Assembly (NCBI GenBank): GCA_003427395.1
Contig: BFEA01000011.1
Location: 4,431,832 to 4,495,831, forward strand
DNA length: 64,000 nt
Reading direction: 5' to 3'
From: Chara braunii
Taxonomy: Eukaryota; Plantae; Charophyceae
The position numbers and the translations under genes are program-made. Position 1 is the first letter of the stretch. Each line of letters begins with the position of its first letter. The notes beneath the pieces are model-generated. The model was given only the letters and a program-made list of their open reading frames with translations. It did no database searches and was not told where the DNA came from. This document shows, piece after piece, positions 52,610-64,000 of this stretch.

Positions 52610-53052
52610 TAATAGACTCTTCTTTTACTACTCTAATCCACTCATTTTTTACTACTCTAATCGACTGCGAGTCGATGGACGGCCTTGGATTTTCGAAGAA
52701 AGACAAAGGGCATCACAACATACCGAGCACATCAGATTCTGGTCTTCTTCCAAGGACTGTAGAGGTACTTATGGTGTGAACAGTTCCGCTCCACAAAGAC
52801 GGAGGCCGGCAGACGTCATCAAGAGCTCGTCCACGTGCCTTTTGCGGCGATGAAACAGGAGCGAATCATCACGGCCGCTGATAGTAAGCAATCATATTCA
52901 GGCCATACTCACACTCACACTTTTTGAAATGTATTTGACTGCAGTTAATGCCAGACCTCGACGGATCTGACTGCAATCCCGTCCAGATCTTCCTAGAGAA
53001 AATTCCTGGTATTAGAATTGAGCACCCCTTAATTCGGTGAAAAATGTGTGCA

Positions 53053-53143
53053 GTCCTTCGTGACATCCATTAAAATTGGAACGATACAGAGAAGGGTAAT
53101 TAGCAAAATAACCCCTGCACAAGAAAAAAAAGAGGAAAAAAAA
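53053..53143 (+). pseudogene. Processed, 3'-truncated U6 retrocopy with an A-rich tail and TSD
   Basis: U6 5' ~70 nt including ACAGAGA, then an A-tail; GTGTGCA flanks both sides (53046-53052 and 53144-53150). Confidence 0.88.
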
Positions 53144-53159
53144 GTGTGCAGAGCTGTCT

Positions 53160-53420
53160 TTCTTTTCCCAGGCCTCTTCTCTTTTTTCTGCTTCCTTTTT
53201 TCCGCCAAAAAGGAAAAAGAGAAGCTTTGTTGCTTCCTTTTTCCCAGGCCTCTTCTCTTTTTTCTGNTTCCNTTTTTCCGCCAAAAAGGAAAAAGAGAAG
53301 CTTTGTTGCTTCCTTTTTCCCAGGCCTCTTCTCTTTTTTCTGNTTCCCTTTTTCCGCCAAAAAGGAAAAAGAGAAGCTTTGTTGCTTCCTTTTTCCCAGG
53401 CCTCTTCTCTTTTTGCTGCT
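53160..53420. repeat. ~77-bp tandem repeat, about 3.3 copies
   Basis: TTTTCCCAGGCCTCTTCTC...CCGCCAAAAAGGAAAAAGAGAAGCTTTGTTGCTTCC. Confidence 0.95.
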
Positions 53421-53929
53421 CCCAGAAAAGTGGAAAAATTCCTTAATGAGGATGTATCCTCATCCTCATTAAGTGGTCCCCCCCTGTCGAAGGCTTCATC
53501 TATTGGTGGGGACTGACACCTGCTGGACAGTGGGTCCAGCATCCCAGTATGATGATACAACAGCAGTTACACAGAGCAAGTAATTTACCCAATTGGTAAG
53601 GGGGGGGGGGGGGGAAACCTCCTTTCTTGAACCACCAGTACATGCCAGCTACCGGCTGCGGGCCCCTTTGTGAGGCCGCCCACCACCTTTTCATTTTTTT
53701 AATCTACAGGCCTCCTAAATTTTCGTTGAGAAGGGCTCAAAACAGGTTCGACGGCATCCTTTTGTTGTTTTGTTTTTTGTTTTGTTTTGTTTTGTTTTGT
53801 TTTGTTTTGTTTTGTTTTGTTTTGTTTTTAAATTGAAACTCCCTTTTTTTTTCTTTTTTTTTTTTTTCTTTTTTTTTTTGAAGGAAAATAGCTTTTGAAA
53901 AAAAAAAAAAAACTCCCTTTTGGATGTTA

Positions 53930-54337
53930 GGGGGTAGCTCAGCTGGTAAGGCACGCAAGTGGCATTCAGGAGGTCATGGGTTCAATCCCCATTGGCCTCA
54001 TGTACCTTCCTGGGCAAGCTATGTCGTTGGTTCCCCCGAGTGCCATTGAGCAGAGACTGCTGATGTTCACAGGGGGAGGGGACCACCACCTGAGGGGAGG
54101 CACAGTGAGTGGCCCATCGAAGAAGCTCGGTCCTGATGCTACCGGCTGACCCCTGGCCGGTATCGCCCACCTGCTGTAGCAGGTATCGCACCCGCTGGTG
54201 GGTGCAGCTCCCGCATGTTCCCTAGTTGGAGGCTTGAGCACGGATGTGGCTGCTACGGGGTTCCCCGTAATATAATACTATAATGACAATAAAAAAAGGC
54301 CTGAAAGGCCGTCCTGTCCAGATTTGACGGGTAATTG

Positions 54338-54381
<44 letters not shown>
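53930..54381 (+). mobile_element. SINE family 1 copy
   Basis: Collinear with 3929-4458; long poly(A). Confidence 0.92.
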
Positions 54382-54383
<2 letters not shown>

Positions 54384-55605
54384 TGTTAGGGGTGTTGATA
54401 CGAGCAGCCACCTCCAACTCCATAGGGGAGGCTCGATCTATTAGTGGGGCGCATCGCCGGAAAACGGGTCCAGCGTCCCATATACAATGTCTGAATTGTG
54501 TCTTCTGAGTGTCTGAAGTTATGACTGCAAGAAGGCTGCTCACACTGCAATTTTTATTATTATTATTTTTTCCTTTTCTCTGCCAGTTTTTCAACTGCAT
54601 TGGCGATGGAATTGGGGTTAGGTTGTGACTGCAAGAAGGCTACTCACACTGCAACTTTTTTTCTTCTTCTTTTCACTGCGAGTTTTTAAACTGCACTGAG
54701 GATGTAATTGGGGTTAGTCAGGTGCATCAAGAGGCGGCCACAAAATCCGTCAGAAACATCCAGGGGCCAAGGCCAACTACCGGTAGCAGCATTCAGTGTC
54801 CTGAATGGCTGAATCTGCACGTATTTGCGGAGATGTGCAGAAATTGCGTTGAGTTTCCTCAACCCCTCGTCTCCATCCAAATTCAGGCTTTGAGGAAACG
54901 GAACGCTGCTAGTGGGACTTGGCCCCCACGAAAGTCCTCGTATGAGTGTGGCTCAGACTTTCGCCCCGCGAAAGTCCTTGGGTGAGTGTGACCTGGGGCG
55001 AGCCGTGGACTTTCACGACGTTTCCTGTCTCCTCTGCAGATAGAAGTAATAAGACGAGATGCACAATTTCGGGCTTAGTTATCGAGCACGAATAAGGAAC
55101 TGTATTACGGCAACATCCAGGGCATATAGTCACAGAACCTTCTTTACCCGCTTTACCCGAATCCGACAGACGGGCGTACGGTCATTATCGTTGTGTATAT
55201 GGACTAGTTTTCCGTCTAAATATAGCAGGGATGACCGTACGTTGTTTTCGGGTGAAGAAGATAGGGACCTTTGCGCCTCACCTGTACACGTGATTCTGTC
55301 AGATGAACCGCTATATGGCCGTAATTGCGGTCAGATACATTTAGAGGAGTGCTAGTGTGAGTATATGCCCTCAGTGGAGCCAGCACTCATGAGACCATGG
55401 CCTAAAGAGTTTAGTGACAACCAGAAGCGACGAGATGCAAAACTCACTCTACCACAAGAGCCTAGCTCAGTGTGTAAGCCCATCAACTGCTTAAATACAG
55501 ACCAAAGTTTTTTTTTTCTTTTTTTCCTTAATAACTAAGCTACATTCTTCTCTCAAGTCCCCTCACACTACCTACCTACCACTACTCCTAATTATAGTCA
55601 CTTAA

Positions 55606-55656
<51 letters not shown>

Positions 55657-55684
55657 TATAATAATAAATTATAGACATACAGTT

Positions 55685-56260
55685 CTTTTTTATACGAAAA
55701 TATGAATCAAGGCCGGGGACCTCACAATTCAACCCAGGGCCAGGTCCCACTTACGCTGATCCTTGATTTCTGGTCGTTGATCTTCCAAATCTGTGGTCAG
55801 AAATCGGTAATTCAGGTAAGTGGGACTTGGCCCCCGGAGTTATCCTGGCAGCATCAGCCGGTTTGGCTTATGTAAAACAGTTCCTACACTGAGACACTGT
55901 GACTGAAACGAGTCTTCACTCAATGCACTCGCGATCAGACAAGGCTGTCCTAAGCACAGGTTACACTGATGAATTGCTAACTTGGGCCCGGTCCTGCATG
56001 AGGAGGGCTTTTCAATACCAACTGCTCTAACTACCTCAAGCTACTATCTGCTCTACAAACCAAGGAACGAGGCAACACTGAGGGGTTGTGAAGACAGGTG
56101 CGAGTGATGAGGTCAGATGGAGACTTGGGGGAGAATAGCGAGGAGCGGAAGATTTAGGTAAGAGGGGGTCTGGTGTCAGTGGGGGAGCTCTAAACTAAAA
56201 CCAGGCCTAACCGGCCTGACCTCGAGCTAAGACGATTAAGAGGAACACTAGACTAAGTTC
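55685..56260 (-). mobile_element. LINE-B-related 3'UTR fragment (similar piece at ~61085-61385)
   Basis: Reverse complement of the LINE-B tail GATGCTG..GGATAACTCCGGGTTGAATTGTGAGG.CCCC is present. Confidence 0.7.
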
Positions 56261-56429
56261 CTTATACTACGTCCTGGGCGCTCTCCTCCCTACCCCACCC
56301 TTTGCAGCCTACTGTGACTGCCAATAGGAGCCGAGTGCCCTCGTTCTCAGCTTTGAACAGCAGGGACAAGGGAAGAACATACAGGAAGGAGAGGTGGGGG
56401 AAGGAAAAGGCCAAGGGGAGTGTAGGGCT

Positions 56430-57632
56430 CAGTGAGGGATGTCATTCGAATCATCCAGATGATGTGGAGAAGATGTTGTTTGGAGCTAGAGGGAGCATGG
56501 GTGGAGGACGGAGAGGCGATGGATCAAATTCGGACATTGATTCAATTTGAACTGGCGGCACAATGGAAGAAAACTAAAGACAAGCTCGACCAAACGTCCT
56601 CCTGGGGTGACATGAACCGGATCATTGCTACCTTCTGCAGGAACTGGCTGGGGGGGGAAAGGGAGGGATGGGTGGCAGCAGTAAAGTGGACCGGTCCCAG
56701 ACAGAGAGAGAAGCACGAGGGGAACCCCGGGCAGAAATAATAAGGGATTATCAGTTGATCTTTCACGACTGGACCAAGATAGACCCCGGCTCCCCGTTAC
56801 GTCCCGCCCAGGACTTCGCAGATCCATTCCCACCCCATCCGCTGTCCCTAGCAGAAATCCTGCCGCCTGCATAAGCTCGGACTGAAAAGCGTCCAGAAAG
56901 TCTCAGAATACTTCAGCTGTGCAGAAGAGTTCAGNGCAGCTCAGAGCAGCTTGGCTGAGGCTGGGGGAGGGAGGGAGGTCAGCGCAGCTCAGAACAGCCT
57001 AGTCCAGCCTGGTGTCTCAGCCTGTTTTCTGTTGCTCTTTGTTGCACTGCAGCAGATCTCAGCGCAGCTTAGAGCAGCCTGGTTCAGCTTAGCTCAGCCT
57101 GGTTTTTCAGCCCGTTTTTCTGTTGCTCTTCGCTCTTTCATTGCTCTCTGTTTCTTCCAGTCCTTCCTTTTTTTGCAGTTGCTTCAGTTGTTCCAAGTTT
57201 GTTTCAGTGGTTTCCAAACACTTGCACACTCTGGCTATTATAGATGTGCCAGACACAATAGGCGCCAAGAGGATAGTAGAGGATAATAGGTGGTTGGCTG
57301 AGGCTAGGGGAGGGAGGGAGGGAGACCCCACTGGTGCCCCCTGGTGCCCCCTCCCCCCCCAATACCCGACTGTGGGGCAGGTAGGTAGGGAAGAGTAGAT
57401 TGAATATGGGATGCTGGACCCGGTTTCCAGCACATTGACGTCACTGCATTGAGGTGTTGTTTTGCAAAGATGTACTTAAGGGACGCTGGACCCGGTTTCC
57501 AGCAGGTGCTGCTCCCCACCAATAGATGGAGCGGCCCACTAGGCAAAGCCTCAATCCCGGTGGTTCTCCTACCACCACCAGGATAGAGGTCTTGCACAAG
57601 GGCCTCAGGCTGGGAAAAAGAAAAAAAAAAAG
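56430..57632 (+). mobile_element. 5'-truncated LINE-C-family copy
   Basis: WRRCCLELEGAWVEDGEA...ATFCRNWLGG matches the LINE-C C-terminus WWRCVLELEGAQIEEGEA...STFCKESLGG; family 3' tail and poly(A). Confidence 0.85.
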
Positions 57633-57944
57633 GAACTTGCTGAGTAAAACCAATTACTTCTGAATTGCCTGCTGGGGCCGGGGAGCTCAATGATGATATC
57701 ACAAGGTCGTCGCCCTTCTTAATAAATAAATAAATAAATAAATCACTCTCACTCGCGTTCCAAATTATCGGACAGAAACTCTGCAGGCAACCCCCTCTTT
57801 CCTACTCGCACAACCGGGGCAAGGTCACACTTGCACGGATTAAGAGATTCTGTCCGTTGATCTTTGCTATCTTATCTACGGTCAATATCGCTTAATTCGT
57901 GTAAGTGGGACCTAGCCCCCGAGTAGCACGCGTGGTCATTATCC

Positions 57945-58063
57945 AGTAGCAGGTACCGGCACTTCTCGTGAGGTCACCCAACCCAGTACTATTCCGACCC
58001 AACGGCGCTGCGCTTCTGAGTTCGGATGGGATAGGGTGCATTAGCGATGGCATGACCGTAACA
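57945..58063 (-). pseudogene. Divergent full-length 5S rRNA-like sequence
   Basis: GGTCATGCC...CTAATGCACC.TATCCCATCCGAACTC.GAAG...TAGTACTGGGTTGGGTGACC...GAAGT; ~119 nt; no oligo-T terminator. Confidence 0.85.
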
Positions 58064-59404
58064 TCGCCCGCTGATTATCGCGGGGTATCTATCTACAACA
58101 AAAGCGTTCTATTCGGGTGAAAAAGGTAGCATGTTGCCCAAATGTGTACGTGCAACTGCACGTACGTCCAGACATGGACGAATCTAGCCGCGATCACGTC
58201 CACAGCTTATTCGAAAAACTCCTAGTAGCGTGACTGTGCCCTCAGTCGTACACCGAGCCAAATGCGAGATCCGCAGAGAATCCGCGACGAAAACGTTCAG
58301 CTGGTACTGCTTCAGGCCATATTCACACTACTACCGTCTTCCCCCGAACACAACGCACCCTCATTTTGGCTGTATCTGGCCGGAAATATCGTTTGTATAC
58401 ATTCATTTTCGGGGTGCGTTGTGTTCGGGGGAAGACGGAAGGACTGTTCCCGATGTATATCACCGCTTTTCCAGCGTCGACAGAAGCACCTAACCGGGAT
58501 CACGTCCACAGAGAAGTGGAAAAAGTCCTCGTGTGAGAGTATGCCCTCACTCTCGTACGGACCTACCTACAGGGTTCGGGAGAGGCACGGGTTGGTGGGT
58601 GTTCCGCTGCTACCTTCTTCGGAATCCCCCGAATACAACCGACGGTCATTGAAGCTGTATTTAGACAACATGATACCCCAAATGCAGCTGTAATGACAGT
58701 ACGTTGTATTCGGGGGAAGAAGGTAGTGTAAATACAACAGTGAGATGAAGAGATGAGAAAAAAAAAGGCGAAGCAGCACAGAGATGACGGAGCTGCAGAA
58801 TTGAAAACAAAGAAAACCGAGTTTTAAATTAGCTGTCGTCCCCTGACTCCCAGCTTTCCTTCGAATCGAGTGCAATGTGTGTGCATGCATCCGTATGAAC
58901 GATATCACACTATTCGGGAGGACATTGCGCCCAGAGAGCGACCTCGGGTAGTGATCCGCGACTCCAATCCGGCGCGTTGTTTCGTGCGATCTATTCGGCA
59001 TGGAACTGCGCCCAAGGAGAGACCTCTGCAGGCGAAACACGAAGACAAAGCGCCAGATCCCACTAGCCCCCCACTAGCCCCTAGAGTTCATTTCTGACCG
59101 TTGATCTTCGTAATCGAGGGTCAAAAATGAATAATCCAGGGTAGTGGGATCTGACCCAAAGACGAGGGAAATGGAAAGACGAGAAAAATGTACAACATCC
59201 GTAGAACAGCGGAGTTCTTTCCCCCCACGGCCAGGGGAGAAAAAAAAAAAACCGCTGCATATGCACATGCCAAGCGGCTGACAACACGAAATAGTCAGAC
59301 GAGCCCTGTGACTCCCCTCTCCCCCCGAAGTATAAAAAAAAGAACCACCAACAAACAGTCCCGTCGGAAGAACAACCTGATTCCGCCCTTGACATGGACA
59401 GCCA

Positions 59405-59472
<68 letters not shown>

Positions 59473-59763
59473 CAGGCCTGAGTGTGAGGACGATAAGACG
59501 AAAAAGGGGGACGAAGGATAAAGCACAGATAGGACGCATCATTATAATGAGATCTACGTAAAGCTGTTAGACATAATTTTCTATTGAGATTACATCTTGG
59601 CTGGTTGGTTCCCCCTGACCAGAACGAGCGGGAGCGAGGGATGGATGTCAGTGGAATGTACAAGGACTTCCCGCTGATGGAAGAAGAACTGCAATGACGT
59701 GACCCGCCGGAATAGAAGCTGCCCGTAGCTATATGGTGAAAAAAAAAAAAAAAAAAACCTCGA

Positions 59764-59951
59764 ATAATCCGTTAAAATTGGAATGAACCATGGCCATTGA
59801 GCTGACTGGCACAAGCATCGACACCTGAGTTCCAATTCTAATGCAATCAGATGAAGTGAAATGCGTGTGAATTTCCTGGGGCAGGTCGGTTCGATCATGA
59901 TATCTTTCTTTTTCTTTTCTTTTTTTTTTTCGTTTTTTTGTTAGTAAAATG

Positions 59952-60026
<75 letters not shown>

Positions 60027-60673
60027 ACGATGATGATATCTCAAACGAGTCACCCTTTAAAAAATAAAATAAACACTGAAAAATTTGGAACGAATCGAGA
60101 AATGATGGTCCAAATAAAATAAGACTGCTGTCCAGTCATATCAGAAGACGGAACAGTGAAAAACAGTACCGTGAACAGCGACATAAAAACGCCGAGTCTC
60201 TTTGTAAAAAAAAAAAGAAAAAAAAGAGTCTCTTTGTTAAAAAAAAAAAAAAAAAACAGTGTAGTGAACAGTGAAAAACAGTGGGCTATTAAAAAAAAAA
60301 AAAAGGAAAAAAAAAAAAAAGAAAAAAAAAAAGTGGGCATAGTCCCTGCGCAAGGAGGACACGCATAAATCGAGACATCCGTTAAAATTGAAATGATACA
60401 CAGAAGATTAGCATGGCCCCCTGGCGCAAGAATGACACGCATAAGGGCCTGGCTCCACTACAATATTCTACATGCATTTGGATGCTTTCTGGGAGCAGTA
60501 CATTCAGAATGCTGGACTCGTCCTAATGCACCTGGTCCTCAAAGCGTCCAAGTACATGTAGAGTGATGTGTAGTGGAGCTAGGCCCTACCTATGTCAAGA
60601 AATTGTCCCAAAAAAAAAAAAAAAAACAGTGGTCATAGTCCTTCGGCACATCCGTTAAATTTGGAACGAAACG
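59764..60673 (+). pseudogene. Cluster of rearranged U6 snRNA fragments
   Basis: U6 pieces at ~59766-59781, 60080-60115, 60343-60444 and 60638-60670. Confidence 0.85.
60445..60586. mobile_element. Tourist-like MITE abutting a U6 fragment
   Basis: GGGCCTGGCTCCACTACA...TGTAGTGGAGCTAGGCCC. Confidence 0.85.
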
Positions 60674-60977
60674 AAGGAACAAGACTTCGGCGGTATAAGG
60701 AAAAAAGAAAACGAAGATTTGCGTAGAGCAGAGCCACACACTGAACTGCTGAAATACAGACCCGAGTTCGAACACCACTGAAGTCAAAAAATGACTAAAG
60801 CATTACAATCTTGAATTACGTAGAGCCGGGGCCAAGTCCCACTTACGCTGATCCTTGATTTCTGGTCGTTGATCTTCCAAATCTGTGGTCAGAAATCGAT
60901 CATTCGGGAAAGTGGGACTTGGCCCCCGGTCAGTTTGATGATCGTATCCCAAGGCCCTTTTTTTCTTTCTTTCTTTC

Positions 60978-61008
<31 letters not shown>

Positions 61009-61491
61009 TCAAAACGGGCCCTTTTTTTTTTTTTTTTTTTTTTAATCAAAACGGGCCCAGTGCCCAAGGCTTATATTTCCAATTGAAACAAAGGAGGCCG
61101 GGGTCCTCACAGTCTACCCGGATAGTTGCTTCTGGGAGCATTACCCAGTTTCGCTTACAGGGTGGGACCACACCCTGGGAGGCATACCTGCCCCAGACTC
61201 CTTCCAAACTTCACTCTTAGGGTCCTAGCTGCTCAGACCTACACGGTTGTCTGAAGCTTCGACTGACCACCCCTAACCCGGGGCGGCGGAGCTGAGCTCC
61301 CGGAACTGGCAAAGACGCTCCCTCCTACCCCACAACCCACCAACTGCTGCCCTCCTACCGCGGAGAATAACCGAGCGCCCAGGTAGTTGTTTTTTTTTTT
61401 AACTACACTGTGTTCTTCTCTCAAATTCTTTTTCTTTTTTAACTACACTATGTTCTTCTCTCAAATTCTTTTTCTTTTTTAACTACACTAT

Positions 61492-61936
61492 GGGCCTCGT
61501 TCCACACCACTAAAAATGTAAGGACCCTCAGAAAATCATCCTTCCACCACTCCCTAATGACGAAAAAACGGAACTGCAGAATGTTTCCACATTGTTGGCT
61601 TTTAGGGTCCGCCTTCACTTTTTTAGGGCGGCCCAGGCAAAACGAGGCCAAATCTCTAGGGAGCCCCCGGAGGTGACTAGAAATGTGAGGGAAATGTGAG
61701 GGTGGGGACGTACGTGGCGCGTATTTGACGGATGCTGCCGCAGGGTTGTTCTTTTCCCAGCGAATCCGTGGCCGACAGGCCGAAAATCTGACACCCTCCC
61801 TCCCCACCTCAGATGTAAGGGAGAGTAAGTGTAGGGTGTTGTGGAACGAAAAACAAGTTAGTGTAAATTAATCACCCTCGGCCAGTTAGGGCGCCCTTAT
61901 AAAGTTAGGATTTTCTAGTGGTGTGGAACGAGGCCC
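61492..61936. mobile_element. Tourist-like MITE with TAT TSD
   Basis: TAT|GGGCCTCGTTCCACACCACT...AGTGGTGTGGAACGAGGCCC|TAT. Confidence 0.9.
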
Positions 61937-62687
61937 TATGTTCTTCTCTCAAATTCTTTTTTGCCTTTCACTACCTTCCTACCCCTTCTCCTAAGGCTAT
62001 ATATAGAGGGGGCTCCTGCAAGCCTAGGGCCTCGCAAACGAGGTAATTCATGTTGCCCCCCGCCCCAACAGCAGTAGTCAGAGATGGGGTGGGGCCTCCT
62101 AGACTATATAGAGGGGACCCCTGCAAGCATAGGGCCTCAAAAACGATGTAAATCAAGTTCCCCCTCCGCCCCCCTCGCCCCAACAGCGGTAGTCAGAGAT
62201 GGGGTGGGTGGGGTCCGGCTAACGCAAAGACCAAGCATTTTGCCAGTAGCTAGCTGCGCCTCCCTTTCTCATCGTGCCCCACCCCTCATCGAGTAGCAGC
62301 GGAGGCTATGGCCAACACTCTCCCACACACCACACACAACCCACTCGTGCTCGCACTCGCACCCGTGTTGGTCTTAGACCCCTTTAATACCGATCAGGGG
62401 TCCCATTAGCAAAGAGGATTGGATTGAATGCCTGAATCTGGCCGTGTTTGTTGACAAGTGCAGAAAATCGAGATTGAAATCCTTTTCTGCATCTCTGCCC
62501 GAACGTGGACGTGTTTGTGGAGATGTGCAGAAAATTTGCGTTGTGTTTGGTCGTGTTTGTGGAGATGTGCAGAAATGGCGTTGGGCTTTCTCAACAGCAC
62601 ATCTCCACAAAGACCTCCAGATTCAGGAGGTGAGGAACATCAACGCTGCTAGTGGGACTCGGCCCCTGAATTCCTATGCTTCATAGG

Positions 62688-62775
62688 ACCTTTTTCGGCC
62701 TTTTGGCTACGATCAAGTGTAGTGACCGTCCGTGGTCCATTGGACCACACGATATTCAAAAAAAAAAAAAAAAAA
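62688..62775 (+). pseudogene. U2 snRNA 5' fragment fused to a short hairpin tail and poly(A)
   Basis: ACCTTTTTCGGCCTTTTGGCTACGATCAAGTGTAGT, then non-U2 GACCGTCCGTGGTCCATTGGACCACACGATATTC and A18. Confidence 0.88.
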
Positions 62776-63218
62776 GAGGATTCAAGCCCAACCAATTCAA
62801 TTACCTGTCAAATCTGGACAGGACGGCCTTTCAGGCCTTTTTTATTGCCATTATAGTATTACGGGAACCCCGTAGCAGCCACATCCGTGCTCAAGCCTCC
62901 AACGAGGGAACATGCGGGAGCTGCACCCACCAGCAGGTGCGATACCTGCTACAGCAGGTGGGCGATACCGGCCAGGGGTCAGCCGGTAGCATCAGGATCG
63001 AGCTTCTTCGATGGGCCAGTCACTGTGCCTCCCCTCCGGTCCCCTCCCTCTACGAACATCAGCAGTCTCTGCTCAATGCCACTCGGGGGGACCAACGGCA
63101 TATCTCTAGGTGGCGGGCACCAAGCTCGCCCAGGAAGTGCATGAGGCCAATGGGGATTGAACCCAAGACCTCCTGAATGCCACTTGCGTGCCTTACCAAC
63201 TGAGCTAGGCCGCTGGAT
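62776..63218 (-). mobile_element. SINE family 1 copy
   Basis: Reverse complement is collinear with 3929-4350. Confidence 0.92.
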
Positions 63219-64000
63219 GGATTCATATGTTCAGGAAAACTGTGATACCAAAAAAAAAAAAAAGAAAAAAGAAAAAAAAAAAGCACAACAACAACACTGT
63301 GATGCCGATAGATGGGCCTGTGGTGTAGGAAGATTTTTTCCCAATAGAGGAGAAGTTGGAGAACACAACCACGTCCTCCTTGGGTCAGGAAGGTTTTGCT
63401 GCACTGCCAGAAGAATGGGTTAGGAGAGAAGATTTCACCTTCACGAAGGATTATTACAGTAGAAGACTAAGAAGAGGGATTTGAGACTGAACTCTCTGTC
63501 AGTGAGCGGGTGTATAGAGATCCAAGTAAGTCTCAAAGCAGAGAGAGCACCAGCTGGCGGTAGTTTGACGATCACAACGACAGGCATACTCGCACTAGAA
63601 CTTTTTTAACCACGCTCTGGACGTGATTGCAGTTAGATTCATCCAGATCTGGCCGAAATTGCAGTCAGATACGTTTAACTTTAGGAAAGCGTTAGTGTGA
63701 GTTATGGCCTGAGATCGCGTGTTCGCAGCTCTCCCTTTCCTCTTTACTTTTTTCTTTTCGTCTCTCGTATCCAGTCGGGCAAAAGGAAAGGGACTCAGAG
63801 ATCTGGATCCCTATACAGGTCGTTGTGATCGTCAAACTACGGCCAGCTGGTCCTCTCTCTGCTTTGTATCTTACTATGGTAGGATCTCTATACAACGCAG
63901 TCAGACTGAAACAGACTAGCTGTACATAGCCCAAGCAGCAAGGGCAATCGTTATGAAAGTTATATGGGAGGACGATCACAACGACAGGATCTTCTCGATC

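Overview
Repeat-dense eukaryotic nuclear DNA with no intact host gene. Plant-type 18S, 5S, U2 and U6 sequences, L1-type LINEs and a chromodomain Gypsy fragment suggest a green alga or plant; a charophyte such as Chara is my inference. Contents: two head-to-head degenerate L1/Tx1-like LINEs (1-3800 minus, 4460-12115 plus), tRNA-headed SINEs, an 18S pseudogene fragment, a third LINE broken into three pieces, many MITEs and snRNA/5S retrocopies. The main result needs one operation: mentally re-inverting ~17388-31562. This restores a contiguous LINE and a single ~19.3-kb DNA transposon with ~30-bp TIRs (AACGGTG...) and a 4-bp TSD (TCCC). The element encodes a Sola-like DDD transposase and, divergently, a very large cargo gene. 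That gene has a ParB/DGQHR-like domain, a degenerate N6A/N4C DNA-methyltransferase-like domain, and, across a phase-matched intron, a Ulp1 SUMO protease. Between the two genes lie large arrays of a near-palindromic CpG-rich 17-18-bp motif (GTCGTGT-CGA-ACACGAC) that resemble parS-type binding sites. All domain calls come from reading motifs by eye; no database searches were run.
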